In this document: positions 30,997-45,525 of the stretch, piece after piece
Numbering within the stretch: the first letter of the stretch is position 1
How the letters are laid out: each line of letters starts with the position of its first letter
Assembly (NCBI GenBank): GCA_964016885.1
Contig: OZ024751.1
Span: 23,374,001-23,438,000, forward strand
Direction of reading: 5' to 3'
From: Eledone cirrhosa
Taxonomy: Eukaryota
Length of the DNA stretch: 64,000 nt
Notes under the pieces: generated by a model
The model's input: the letters and a program-made list of their open reading frames with translations, nothing else
Database searches by the model: none
Told to the model about the DNA's origin: nothing
Made by a program: the position numbers and the translations under genes

Positions 30997-31217
30997 CATG
31001 TGTCCTAAGATTTCTTCCGTTTCTATTCCTAACTCCTACCCCCACCCTATCATTGCTATAGTCTCATTAACATATTCAATACACGCCATTCTAATACCTG
31101 AAGCGATCCTCATAATACGTTGGCGTGGTGAAATGTCATCATTTAATGTTGGTTGTGCTGATACGTTATACTGTAATACAAATAATACAACATACAGCGA
31201 TGAATGTGTGTATGTTA

Positions 31218-31292
<75 letters not shown>

Positions 31293-31428
31293 AAGTTATA
31301 TTTAAAGTTATATTTCTTTCTCTCTTTCTTTCTCTCTGTATTTTCACTGCTAGCGTAAACCTCTTCAAATGAAGTTGATCTTTATTACGGTATGTCGAAT
31401 ATATTTATCTATAAAACTGTTTATATTG

Positions 31429-31494
31429 TATTTTGTCTGATGAAGGCATAGCATATTGTTAATATGATATCCCCGAAATATATATAATGAAATA
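31429..31494 (+). ncRNA. Minimal type I hammerhead ribozyme (B2) within element ~31330-31540
   Basis: Same motif as 23405-23470; this copy ends at (TA)n without the tail. Confidence 0.78.
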
Positions 31495-31532
31495 AATATG
31501 GTTTTATAAATATAGTTTTCCATTTATTTAAT

Positions 31533-31585
<53 letters not shown>

Positions 31586-31679
31586 TTATATATCTCTTGC
31601 ATTACTTTTATTTATATATATATATTTTTTTTGCATTTCTTGAGGAGACTTTCCAAATATTTCACTATGTTTTAGATTG

Positions 31680-31748
31680 CCTTGTCCGACGAACGAATGA
31701 GGACGTATTTTCGTATTCGTCTTATTCGGGAAATCTCTGGTAATGAGG
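31680..31748 (+). ncRNA. Hammerhead (G), degenerate core CCGACGA
   Basis: Stem II CGAATGAGGACG/CGTCTTATTCG; tail follows to ~31850. Confidence 0.55.
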
Positions 31749-31849
31749 TAATTATATTGTATTGTTTATTATACATTAAATTTTGTTCTGGTACTTACAT
31801 AGAGCACTCTTCACTCCTATGACTTTTTCAATTTTCAACGGAAACTTCA

Positions 31850-32002
<153 letters not shown>

Positions 32003-32015
32003 AAGAAAAAAAGAT

Positions 32016-32282
32016 GAAATCGGAAATGCAACTGGAGTCTTATTTTTTTAAAAATATATATATTTATTTGGTTCCTTTACCGGTTTCGCAGTTCTTCTGC
32101 TTTTCAAAAGTAGAGTTGAGATGGAGGGTCTGTGGTTTTTCTCACATCAGATGTGAGAAAAACCACAGACCCTCCATCTCAACTCTACTTTTGAAAAGCA
32201 GAAGAACTGCGAAACCGGTAAAGGTACCAAATAAATAGATATATTTAAAAAAAAATAAGACTCCAGTTGCATTTCCGATTTC
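32016..32282. mobile_element. Family S fold-back palindrome, centre 32149
   Basis: Arms 32016-32148/32150-32282; U3-A8 HHR motifs at 32075-32110 (-) and 32188-32223 (+). Confidence 0.88.
32188..32223 (+). ncRNA. Minimal hammerhead-like motif with U3-A8 core swap (S)
   Basis: CTT TTGAAAA GCAG-AAGAA-CTGC GAAA C CG GTA^AAG; only a 3-bp stem I. Confidence 0.55.
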
Positions 32283-32559
32283 TAATGAGAGAGTCTTGTA
32301 ACTCTGTTAGAAACCAACTCTCTCTAAACATTTGTGAAATTATAAATCCAGAACATACATATAATCATACATATTAACATCATACGAGACCCGAATAGTA
32401 ACACTGAAGCAACATCTTTATCAGAAGAAAAAGGTCAGCAACCATCTTGCCCAGGTCTATGAGCAAGAAGGAAATAATATCATTTGGATAGCCACTGATC
32501 TGGAGGAGAGATATGGAATAAGGCCTGATATAAATCTCTCTCCCAGGGAAATTGGAAGA

Positions 32560-33088
<529 letters not shown>

Positions 33089-33093
33089 GTATG

Positions 33094-33126
<33 letters not shown>

Positions 33127-33188
33127 GTATATACATATACACATATATATGTATATATATATACATTTATTTATATATATTTATATAC

Positions 33189-33289
<101 letters not shown>

Positions 33290-33704
33290 TATTTATATAT
33301 TTATGATATATATTTATGGTATATACGCATTGTTGTTTTAGTGATGGAGCTAAAAATTCTATTTTTGGTGTTCTTGAAATATTAGTACGCAAGAGACAGT
33401 GTTTGACAGTTCTTGTGACTCCTAATTCTTATGTTACAAAAACGTGATTGGTCGGGTAAATTGTGAGCTGGCTAGAATATATTGTGTAATACTGACAACA
33501 TTCAAGAGGTTGCAATTTGTGGAAAGCTAACAAGACAACACTGGTGGAGTCATAGTTTGTGTTGATTTTTCTTGTTAGTTAGCGTGACGATGATGCTGTT
33601 GAATATTATGCATATCAAGTTAAAGGATTCAAGAATTCTTTGTTACATGCTACACTCATGTATATTAGATATATGTTAGATACTACACATATAATATATA
33701 TATA

Positions 33705-33739
33705 TATATATAAAATATATGGTGTATGTATATAGTATG

Positions 33740-33789
<50 letters not shown>

Positions 33790-33887
33790 GTATATAAAAT
33801 ATATGGTGTATGTATATAGTATGTATATAATATATATATATATATATATATACGTATATAAAATATATGGTGTATGTATATAGTATG

Positions 33888-33918
<31 letters not shown>

Positions 33919-33953
33919 CGTATATAAAATATATGGTGTATGTATATAGTATG

Positions 33954-33984
<31 letters not shown>

Positions 33985-34019
33985 CGTATATAAAATATAT
34001 GGTGTATGTATATAGTATG

Positions 34020-34030
<11 letters not shown>
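33705..34030. repeat. Compound tandem repeat (~60-80 bp, 5 copies) built on a (TA)n spacer
   Basis: TATAAAATATATGGTGTATGTATATAGTATGTATA recurs five times. Confidence 0.85.
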
Positions 34031-34092
<62 letters not shown>

Positions 34093-34181
34093 TATATGTA
34101 TATATATACACATATATAGTTTAATAAACGAACAGAGAACAAAAAACAGCGAGGCAGTACAAATGATATGGTTTTTAGTTT

Positions 34182-34242
<61 letters not shown>

Positions 34243-34272
34243 GTATATATATAATATGTATGTATACATATG

Positions 34273-34338
<66 letters not shown>

Positions 34339-34614
34339 AATATAATATATATATACATATATATTATATTTATATAATATATATATGTATATATATTATA
34401 TAAATAAAAACGGCTCCAAATAATGGCGTATTATATTCCTTTTTTCCCGTTCTTTCCATGAACCAAAGTATCGTCTTCCTGTCTTCCTCCGGTTGCAACG
34501 TTTTTTGAAATATTCACTTCTGCGTTCACAGATTGACATTGTTAGTTTCAGAAGATCCCGTTAATGGTGAAAGCAGCGATCCTTTGCTTAAACTTTAATC
34601 TGTTATTTTAATAA

Positions 34615-34703
<89 letters not shown>

Positions 34704-34718
34704 CATATATATATATAT

Positions 34719-34750
<32 letters not shown>

Positions 34751-35030
34751 GTAGAGAGAGATAGAGAGATGCGTATATTATAAATCTTTTTATATAATTT
34801 TGAGAGAAATAGACTATTGCAGAAAAAAAACATTCACTCACACACACACACGCCCACACACACGCGTCATATATACATGTACATACATGGGTTTATCACA
34901 TTCTCATAAGTAAATATAATCCTCAGTCATAAATACTTTAAAGCAGACACTCAATCATATTTGAAAGAAATATAGAGAAAAACACGGCTAAACATCCTTC
35001 CGCCCACTTATTCTACCAACATATATACAC

Positions 35031-35127
<97 letters not shown>

Positions 35128-35256
35128 CATTTACACACACACACATATATATATGTATATATATATATATACATATTTACACATACATGATTTGTGATTT
35201 TGTGTGTATATGTATGTATATATATATACATGTTTGTGATTTTGTGTGTGTATGTA

Positions 35257-35336
<80 letters not shown>

Positions 35337-35341
35337 CACAG

Positions 35342-35372
<31 letters not shown>

Positions 35373-35407
35373 CATACACACACGTATGTATATATATATT
35401 TACACAT

Positions 35408-35462
<55 letters not shown>

Positions 35463-35522
35463 TATATATATATATATAAATATATATTAATGTATATATT
35501 CGTGATTTTGTGTGTATTAGTA

Positions 35523-35577
<55 letters not shown>

Positions 35578-36054
35578 TTGTGATTTTGTGTGTCTGCATG
35601 TTCTTGTATACATGTATTTGTTTGCGATTTTGTGTGTATACGTATGCAGACATAAAGATATACTTACGTACATTACATACATTTCACTAAAGTACACTTG
35701 TATGTCTGTGACTGACAGACTCTCTCACGGAAATCTCTAGTGAAGTGTATACAATCTCGTTTCTTTACATCACCAGATAAACAGGAATATCGATCGTATC
35801 TGCATTAAATAACGCAATGAAAATACTACAAAATAAGCTAAAAAAAACCTATCACATTCCTCTCTCTCGTCCTCAATAGCTACCGACAACCATTTTGCCT
35901 ACTGACTCCTCTCTAACCTCATCCCAACTAATCTAATGATCTGAAACTTGTCTTGTCTACTGGCAGTATCCAAAGCACAACAATATCAGTGGGCATTATG
36001 GAATTATAGTATTATAGTATATATATAATATATATAATATATATTATATATATA

Positions 36055-36128
36055 AACGAGGTCAATAAAATAAAGTACCAGTAATACACTTGGCATTTTC
36101 TGGCCTTGTGCCAAAAATAGAAACAATT
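36055..36128 (+). mobile_element. SINE 3' fragment
   Basis: ATAAAATAAAGTACCAGTAATACACT..GGCCTTGTGCCAAAA. Confidence 0.7.
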
Positions 36129-36175
36129 ATATATATAAACGATGTACCTGTAGTAACACACATATATATCGTCCA

Positions 36176-36218
<43 letters not shown>

Positions 36219-36219
<1 letters not shown>

Positions 36220-36584
36220 ATCTTTTACCGTATTTTTGACTAAAGAAATTTTAGCCTGATAATGGGGTTTAGAACCCTCAGATAAATGGAAAAAGATGAG
36301 TATTGTCGTACATGGCAGTCGAACCCACATCTTTGGTTATCCAGACCACTGTGCTACCATTGCACCAACATATGGGTGATGTGATGGTGTAATGGTAGCA
36401 GAGTGGTCTGGATAACCGAAGATGTGGGTTCGACTCCCATGTACGACAATACTCATCTTTTTCCATTTATCTGAGGGTTCTAAACCCCATTATCAGGCTA
36501 AAATTTCTTTAGTCAAAAATACGGTGAAAGATATTCTATTTTCTAATTTCAAACCTGCTCTTTGTTTCAAAACATACTTACTTG

Positions 36585-36588
<4 letters not shown>
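36219..36588. mobile_element. Fold-back palindrome (arms 36219-36367/36385-36533) with tRNA-like Pol III head plus tail (family K)
   Basis: A box TGGTGTAATGG 36385-36395, B box GGTTCGACTCC 36427-36437 in a T-stem; (TA)n on both sides. Confidence 0.8.
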
Positions 36589-36629
<41 letters not shown>

Positions 36630-36632
<3 letters not shown>

Positions 36633-36809
36633 GAAAATGTTTAACTCCGACGGCAGAGCTCAAGCCGTTTCGACGGCTATTTCGGGACTCGAAACGGCTT
36701 GATCTTTGCCGTCGGGGTTAAACATTTTCCTATTACCCACTTTACTACCCTAAGTATTGAGTACTCTGGTGCGTTATGGTCCATCTAGTTCCTTACCACA
36801 CTTCCTTCG

Positions 36810-36812
<3 letters not shown>
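36630..36812. mobile_element. Family T fold-back palindrome plus tail
   Basis: AGGAAAATGTTTAAC..GTTAAACATTTTCCT arms; folds back next to TCGAAACGGC. Confidence 0.85.
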
Positions 36813-36900
<88 letters not shown>

Positions 36901-37028
36901 TATAATGTTATGCTTTGGGAGGGTCATGTTGCCAATAAGAAACACACACACCAGTTGCTTTCACTCCAATTTATTATAAATTTCCGGTTGGTTGGTTGGT
37001 TCCACAACCGGACGGTTGTTCATATATT

Positions 37029-37071
37029 GTCAAAGTTCTTTCGTCACACATTCTGTGACCTCTTCAGTGAC
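37029..37071 (-). ncRNA. Minimal type I hammerhead in the PLE 3' pLTR (J)
   Basis: GTCA CTGAAGA GGTCACA-GAATG-TGTGAC GAAA G AA CTT^TGAC; same strand as, and downstream of, the GIY-YIG ORF. Confidence 0.7.
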
Positions 37072-37274
37072 TGGGGATTCTTTTCTTTGTTTTTGTGCCT
37101 CTCCTTTGTTCTGTCCTACGCCATCTTGTTTTTGTGTGTGTTGTGTGCTTAGTTTGCGCATGTGTTTAATCCGGGTGTCTGTGTGTGTTTATATTTGTTT
37201 ATTTATTTATTTGTTTATTTACATGTTACTGGTTGGTTGTTTGTTTTATGTGTGCGTGTGTTTTCATTTTGTCC

Positions 37275-38009
37275 TTAATAGTAAGTTGTGATGTTGCTAT
37301 TCCATTCATGTTTTCTATTTAATTTTGGTTGGAGTTCATTTATGTTTATTGCCTCTGTGATTTGTCTAAACAATGCGTCTTTTCTGTGTGTAGATTCTAT
37401 TTTTATTTCTATCTTCTCTAATTTACCCTTATGTTCTATTTTAGCATGTTAGTGGAGTACAGATGATTCTTTTCTATCTTGAAGCTCTCGCCAGTGTTTA
37501 TTTATCCGTTCTCCTATACTACGAGCTGTCTCACCTATGTACAATATATTCTTATCTCTACATTGTCCTTCAGTACATCTTATGCTATATACTACATTTC
37601 TAGGTTTACAGTTAATATGGGGGCTTAGTTTACAGATGTTACATTGCTTATCTATACAGGGAGGTCTTTGAAAAGGGTATGTATTGCTAATAAGTGTTTT
37701 TTATGGAGGTACCTGGTCTTTCTACTATCGTAATATTAAGTTTATGTTTTCTAAGGCCCTTCTAAATTTGTAAGCTAATTCATCTCTAGAGGTTGTATTG
37801 ATGAACATTACACTCTGGTATTTATTGCTATCATACGATGAGTTTATTCTATTAACCTTATTCCTAGTTCTTTCTATTCTATTCCAAAATATGCTCCTAT
37901 ACAAGGGGCAGGTCCCATTTATATCATTATTTATCATTTTTTCCCATTTGGTTCTGGCTCCTCTATATACTCTGATTTTATCTCTCTGATTGTAACCGGA
38001 GAACTGCAT
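37275..38009 (-). pseudogene. PLE ORF C-terminus: RT thumb/linker, Cys-rich motif and GIY-YIG endonuclease (two compensating frameshifts near 37700-37740, one internal stop)
   Basis: Manual translation MQFSGY..CPLYR..IVERPGTSIK/TLISNTYPFQRPPCIDKQCNICKLSPHINCKPRNVVYSIRC..LYIGETARSIGERINKH..SVLH*H..RQITEAINI..LNRKHEW. Confidence 0.9.
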
Positions 38010-38071
38010 AATAATATCGGTTTCAACACACGTTTTCAGATAAAGAGTCTTGCTAAAAAAATTCAGAGACG

Positions 38072-38135
<64 letters not shown>

Positions 38136-38238
38136 TATATGTATGAATGTATGTATGTATGTATATATACATATGTGTGTGTGTGTGTGTTAAGTGCTTA
38201 TAAATTTGTGCTAGTACGTTTATTAGTTTTTGAGAGTA

Positions 38239-38326
<88 letters not shown>

Positions 38327-39650
38327 TATATTTATATATATATATGTGTGCGTGTGTGTGTGTGTATATATGCTCTCTTTCTCTTTCTCTTTCTCTTTCA
38401 TAGAAACACACACTTAATATATATATACACATTCCATATCAATATATAGTTATATAAATGTATAATGTGAGTGTGTGTGCATTTTGTATGCACACACATA
38501 CATATATTGGATTGAATACACACACATACATACATATGGAATATATTTTAGATAACATTCTGCGCGATTAGAGAGAGCAAACAAAGTAAAACCACTTCCT
38601 AAAATCATATCATAAACGCATTTCTAAAAAAAAAAAAATGTGTTTATAATAGGATTGAAGATAAGACAAATAAGAGGAACATTCTTTCTAAAAGCGATCA
38701 CGACAAACAATAAGTGATAAAAATGTCCATAAATTAGGCAGGAATCAATGATAAAACGTGCATCCTGAGCTCGTCTCGGGGTCATCGTCGGGATGTACGG
38801 CGTGTCTTGTGCATTTAAATCTAGTGCTGTCCAACATTTTGCCATCACCAGGTCTGAAAATATTTTGTTATTGTAAAGAAAGAAACAAAGAAGGAAAGAA
38901 AGAGAGAGTGATAGACAGAGAATGAGGAAGCGAGAAGGAGAGACAGATTGATAGATAGATAGATAGATAGATAGAGTGCTGGACTAAGATTATATTTATC
39001 AACCCCTAAATGATGAATGACAAATCTCACCGATACTTCAACAAGAAGCAGGGAGAGCCGGAACGAATGTCAGAAATAATGTTGCCATATGAAGAAAGAC
39101 ACAAGATTTTAATTGTATTCTTATTCATAGAATGTATTTTTTTACGCAGGAAGTAATATAGGAAGATTTTACTGCTATTGACGAAGGGAATCAACGTCGA
39201 AATATATATGTAAGTTATAAATAGTGACTGTGCAGTTTACTGTGTTCATTACAGAAACCCCAAATCAAGAGCATATATATATAGAGAGGAAAATTTGGTT
39301 GTTACTTCTAGCATTCGAGAGATCCCTCATTTACAAATTATGAGGAAGATCCATAAATTTAGAATAGTAAAAGTAAGTTTGTATTTAAACATTAACAAAA
39401 TAGTTTGGCATGAATAAATAATCATATGAATTTAAAATATTTAAGTAACCTTTAAACGTTTATATGACAGATCGAAAGTTATAAAAACGAAAGAAAAAAA
39501 TACTTGTTTGAAAGATCAAATCTTACAAGATAGCGAAATGTGGATGTACTTTCGTTTGCTACCCACATTGTCATAAACAAAACCAACCGACATCCAACAT
39601 ACTCAGTATGCATACGGTGTTATCAGTAGCAACAGAGAGTATCTCAGTAC

Positions 39651-40203
<553 letters not shown>

Positions 40204-40266
40204 TATATATGTTGGTAGATATACTAATTCTTTATATATATATACATATATATATATATGTATATA

Positions 40267-40555
<289 letters not shown>

Positions 40556-40590
40556 GTATATATATATATACATATATATATATATGTATG

Positions 40591-40673
<83 letters not shown>

Positions 40674-40722
40674 ATGTTTTCGGAGGGTCATGATGCCAAT
40701 AATTCAGAAACGAAATATAAAC

Positions 40723-40795
<73 letters not shown>

Positions 40796-40944
40796 CCCTG
40801 AAATAAATCCAACAACAAAAGTTGAAATTTCAGTATGGAGAATTTGTCTACAATCGTGATGTGCAATCATATAAGTCATTGAATTATATAATTGACTGAA
40901 CTTTAGCAAATGGCTTCAAATGTATAGTACTATACTATATATGC

Positions 40945-40979
<35 letters not shown>

Positions 40980-41022
40980 AACATATATATATATATAAAC
41001 AAAGATATATATATATAAACAA

Positions 41023-41091
<69 letters not shown>

Positions 41092-41459
41092 AAAGAAAAA
41101 AAAAGAAACCTATTTTTATACTTTGTCGAAAATTATGAAGACAAATGTAGAAACAAAAAAAGATATCATGGCGTAGGCAAGGATTGAAAACAGAAAGCAA
41201 TTCGGGTTTCATGTCATACGGTTCAATAAGATAAATCTTGCAACATAAACAAATTAAAATTTAAAGGAAGAAGGAGGAGAAGCAGGGGAATGCGGAGAAG
41301 AAGGAGAGCAATATGTGATGAACATAAACAACAAAAAACGCACACACAAAAAAAGACACGAACTAAAAACTAGTATGATAAAGATAAACAGAACACGCAG
41401 AGGATTTGACACTATAATCTTCTACAATATATATGGAGTCACGAATCTGATAATCCATG

Positions 41460-41510
<51 letters not shown>

Positions 41511-41540
41511 ATAACAACAACAACAACAATAATGATGATG

Positions 41541-41577
<37 letters not shown>

Positions 41578-41624
41578 CAACACCAATAACAACAATAATG
41601 ATGATGATGATGATGATGATGATG

Positions 41625-41659
<35 letters not shown>

Positions 41660-41679
41660 CATAACAATAATAATAACAA

Positions 41680-42176
41680 TACTAAGTGGTATGAGCATAA
41701 GACAGAGTCGGTGATAGAAAACGATCAGGTGAAGGTGCTGTGGGATTTTAGGATACAGACGGACAAGAAACTGGAACACAATAGACCTGACCTGGTGGTT
41801 TTGGACAAGGAAAATGTTTGTGCCTGATTGTGGATGTAGCCTGCCCATATGACACGAGAGTGCAAGGAAAGGAGAGGGAGAAAATTAACCGATACCAGGA
41901 CATAAAGAGGGAGGTAAAAAGGATTTGGAACTGCCATGAAGTCAGAGTCGTCCCGATTGTCATAGGCGCACTAGGTACTATCTCAAAGAGTTTCCAATGA
42001 TGGTTAAAGAAGGTTAGTCCAGCCCCGCTTTTTGGAACAATTCAAAAGGCATGCTTGCTGTGAACAGCAAGAACCCTCCGATACGTCCTGAATATCTGAG
42101 GCTGCAGGTAGCGGCTTGATATTCATTTCAACAAACTTTCCAGTTAACTAACATCAATGACTGAGACTCAAAGAAC

Positions 42177-42180
<4 letters not shown>
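41680..42180 (+). mobile_element. Dong/R4-clade 3' fragment in (TAA)n
   Basis: KWYEHK..VLWDFRIQTD..RPDLVV..IVDVACPYD; UTR ends in (TAA)n; disrupted by stops and a frameshift. Confidence 0.88.
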
Positions 42181-42219
<39 letters not shown>

Positions 42220-43235
42220 GGTGAAGGTGGAAGAGGTCTTATCAGCATAGGGGACTGTGTTCAGATGAAGAAAAACAACCTACACAAATACGTGACTGAT
42301 AGTAAGGAGCCAATGCTCAGAACTGTACTGAAGGAGGGGACAATAGGCCAGGAGATGTCCAAGGAGGAAATAACATCAAGGAGAAAGAGCAGCCTTCAGG
42401 AAAAATCCCTTTATAGTACCTTCTTTGAGAAAACTGAATTTAGAGATCCACAGACATGGAACTGGTTGAAAAGAGGAGACCTTAAAAAGGCTACAGAAGG
42501 AATGTTAATGGCTGCGCAGGAGCAGGACCTCAAAACGAAGTGGTTGAAACACCATATTTACAAGGAGAAGGCTAGCCCACTGTGCAGGATCTGTGGAGAG
42601 AGAGAGGAGACTGTGGCTCACATTGTATCCGAGTGTAAACAGCTAGCCCAGACACACTATAAAGGCTGGAGACATGATGTAATGGGCAGGGTGATCCACT
42701 GGCACCTATGCAAAGTAAACAATTTACCACATTCTGAGAAGTGGTATGAGCATAAGCCAGAGGCGGTGATAGAAAACGATCAGGTGAAGGTGCTGTGGGA
42801 TTTTAGGATACAGACGGACAAGAAACTGGAACACAATAGATCTGACCTGGTGGTTGTGGACAAAGAAAAAAGATCGTGCCTGATTGTGGATGTGGCCTGC
42901 CCATTCGACACGAGAGTGCAAGAGAAGGAGAGGGAGAAAATTAACCGATACCAGGACTTAAAGTGGGAGGTAAAAAGGATTTGGAACTGCCATGAAGTCA
43001 AAGTGATCCCGATTGTCATAGGCGCACTAGGGACTATCTCAAAAAGTTTCCAGGGATGGTTAAAGAAAATTGGCCCCTTCGCGCTTTATGGAACGCTTCA
43101 AAAGGCATGCTTGCTGGGAACAGCAAGAACCCTCCGATACGTCCTGAATATCTGAGGCTGCAGGTAGTGGCTTGATATTCATTTCAACAAACTTTCCAGT
43201 TAACTAACATCAATGACTGAGACTCAAAGAGTAAT
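42220..43235 (+). mobile_element. Dong/R4-clade non-LTR retrotransposon 3' part (open frame to 43155: zinc knuckle plus RLE)
   Basis: EGGRGLIS..TEGMLMAAQEQ..CRICGEREETVAHIVSEC..RHD..WDFRIQTD..SDLVV..VDVACPFD..KRIW..PIVIGALG; flanked by (TAA)n, the known Dong target. Confidence 0.92.
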
Positions 43236-43269
43236 AACAACAACAACAATAATAATAATAATAATAATA

Positions 43270-43757
43270 ATATCATCCAAACAGACCGAAAAATAGATGC
43301 AAATAGACCTGATATAATATTGAAGGACTTTAAAAAGAAGGTATGCCTGCTAATTGATATGTCCGTTCCAATAGACAAGAATGTATCTATAAAAACATTT
43401 GAAAAATTGAGCAAGACCTGGAGATAGAAATTTGAAAAATGTGGAAATTGAGAACTAAAACAATACCAGTGGTTGTAGGCGCTCTAGGAATGATACCTAA
43501 GGGGTCTAATAATTACTCATCGCAAATCCCAGGAAACCCGCGTATAGGAGAAATACAAAAGATAGTACTAATGGGAACTGCCCATAAACTAAGGAAGATT
43601 CTGTCAATATAAGTACATCACAAGTCTAAACACTAAAGATACATGTGTGAGTATGTATGTTCTTTCTTGAACATGGCGGACCTTGTTGTCTCTTGAGGTC
43701 ACTGGTTGTGACTTGGTGATAACTCGAATGAACATAAAGCAAGATAAATGCAGCTAT
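43270..43757 (+). mobile_element. Third, distinct Dong/R4 subfamily 3' fragment in (TAA)n
   Basis: IQTDRKIDANRPDIIL..LIDMSVP..PVVVGALG..QKIVLMGTAH, then a UTR and a long (TAA)n. Confidence 0.85.
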
Positions 43758-43762
43758 AATAA

Positions 43763-43853
<91 letters not shown>

Positions 43854-44164
43854 CGTGTATATCTTTGCGAGATAATTTAATATCGATTATAATAAAGAAG
43901 GGGAAAAGGGTCGAATGTAAGAATGCCACAAAAAAGAAAGAATGAAAGAAAAGTGTAGTGACCTGCAATTTTAGTAAAGACATAGGAATTTTATTTTATT
44001 TTATTTTATTTCATTCATTTACGGTTTAGTATGTGTAGAAAGGAGAAATGAGATTGACCCTTTTAAGGGCCTCCATGACTAGTGAAAGTGAAGGTGCAAT
44101 GTATGATGTAAACGGACACGGGGCCCAGATGCTCGGAAAAGAAGAAACTTATCTATCTACCTAC

Positions 44165-44240
<76 letters not shown>

Positions 44241-44435
44241 CACACATTATGAACCTGAAGATTGCGAAAGCATGAAAGTACTTGTTCAATTAACACTTAA
44301 CATTTAATATTCTATCATACTATTTCATTATAATACCATTATAAATTTTAAAGGATTGTAAATAAAACGAGTAAATCAGACAAAGTTGGAATTCCTCTTA
44401 TTAATATAATCTTCTATACACAATCATACACATAT

Positions 44436-44539
<104 letters not shown>

Positions 44540-44574
44540 ATATATATATATATATATGTGTATATATGTATATA

Positions 44575-44723
<149 letters not shown>

Positions 44724-44845
44724 GGAGAGAGATAACTGTTTAGTGAGTTTGTTAACCTTATTATATCTTATCGAATTAAAGTAGTGGTTGGCCTGCAGTG
44801 GCGTTTACCAAAGTAAATAACCCTGTGACCAATTCACTAAACACA

Positions 44846-45210
44846 CATCTAGGACTACATGCAACACACAAGCCGGTAATAAATACATCTAGGACTACAT
44901 ACAACACATAACCAGGTACCACACACATCTAGGACCACATACAACACACAAGCAGGTAATATATACATATAGGACCACATACAACACATAACCAGGTAAT
45001 ATATACATCTAGGACCACATACAACACATAACCAGGTAATATATACATCTAGGACCACATACAACACATAACCAGGTAATATATACATCTAGGACCACAT
45101 ACAACACATAACCAGGTAATATATACATCTAGGACCACATACAACACATAACCAGGTAATATATACATCTAGGACCACATACAACACATAACCAGGTAAT
45201 ATATACATCT
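44846..45210. repeat. 40-bp minisatellite, ~9 copies
   Basis: Unit CATCTAGGACCACATACAACACATAACCAGGTAATATATA. Confidence 0.95.
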
Positions 45211-45244
45211 GACTCTATATCAGAAGGGTACGTGTTCATATCAT

Positions 45245-45525
45245 GTCGGGGTCACCACTTTACTGAATTGGTCACAGGGTTATTTACTTTGGTAAACGCC
45301 ACTGCAGCCTAACCACTAATTTAATTCGATACAGATATAATAAGGTTAACAAACTCGCTCGTGAGTGAATCGTCCGAGAGCCGGTCGCCAAATAAGCCAA
45401 GATGTCTCTTTTCTCCCTCCTTTATAATCCCTAGACCGGAAGTTCAAGGAATCTTCTAGAATTCAACGGGAAGTAACTCCAATTAGTTTTTTTCTCCCCG
45501 GGCAAGGTGGCGCTAATGTGCTACA
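45245..45525 (-). mobile_element. Ty3/Gypsy-type LTR plus primer binding site; inverted partial LTR at 44745-44842
   Basis: Minus strand begins TGTAG, has a TATA-like TATAAA, and is followed by TGGTGACCCCGAC (PBS-like, 45245-45257). Confidence 0.6.

Larger units (their letters stand above)
36905..38075 (-). mobile_element. 5'-truncated Penelope-like retroelement (family J) with inverted 5' tail
   Basis: GIY-YIG remnant, 3' pLTR with HHR, and an inverted tail at 38011-38075; (TA)n on both sides. Confidence 0.9.

Noticed and set aside
36380-36447. Functional tRNA gene
   Set aside because: A and B boxes are present, but no acceptor stem or clean anticodon arm forms; it is embedded in a repeat palindrome.
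37275-38009. Selenocysteine recoding as reported for some PLEs
   Set aside because: The stops seen are TAA/TAG or frameshift-derived, not TGA at Cys positions.
44846-45210. CRISPR-like regular array
   Set aside because: Units are contiguous and near-identical with no unique spacers, there are no cas genes, and the context is eukaryotic.
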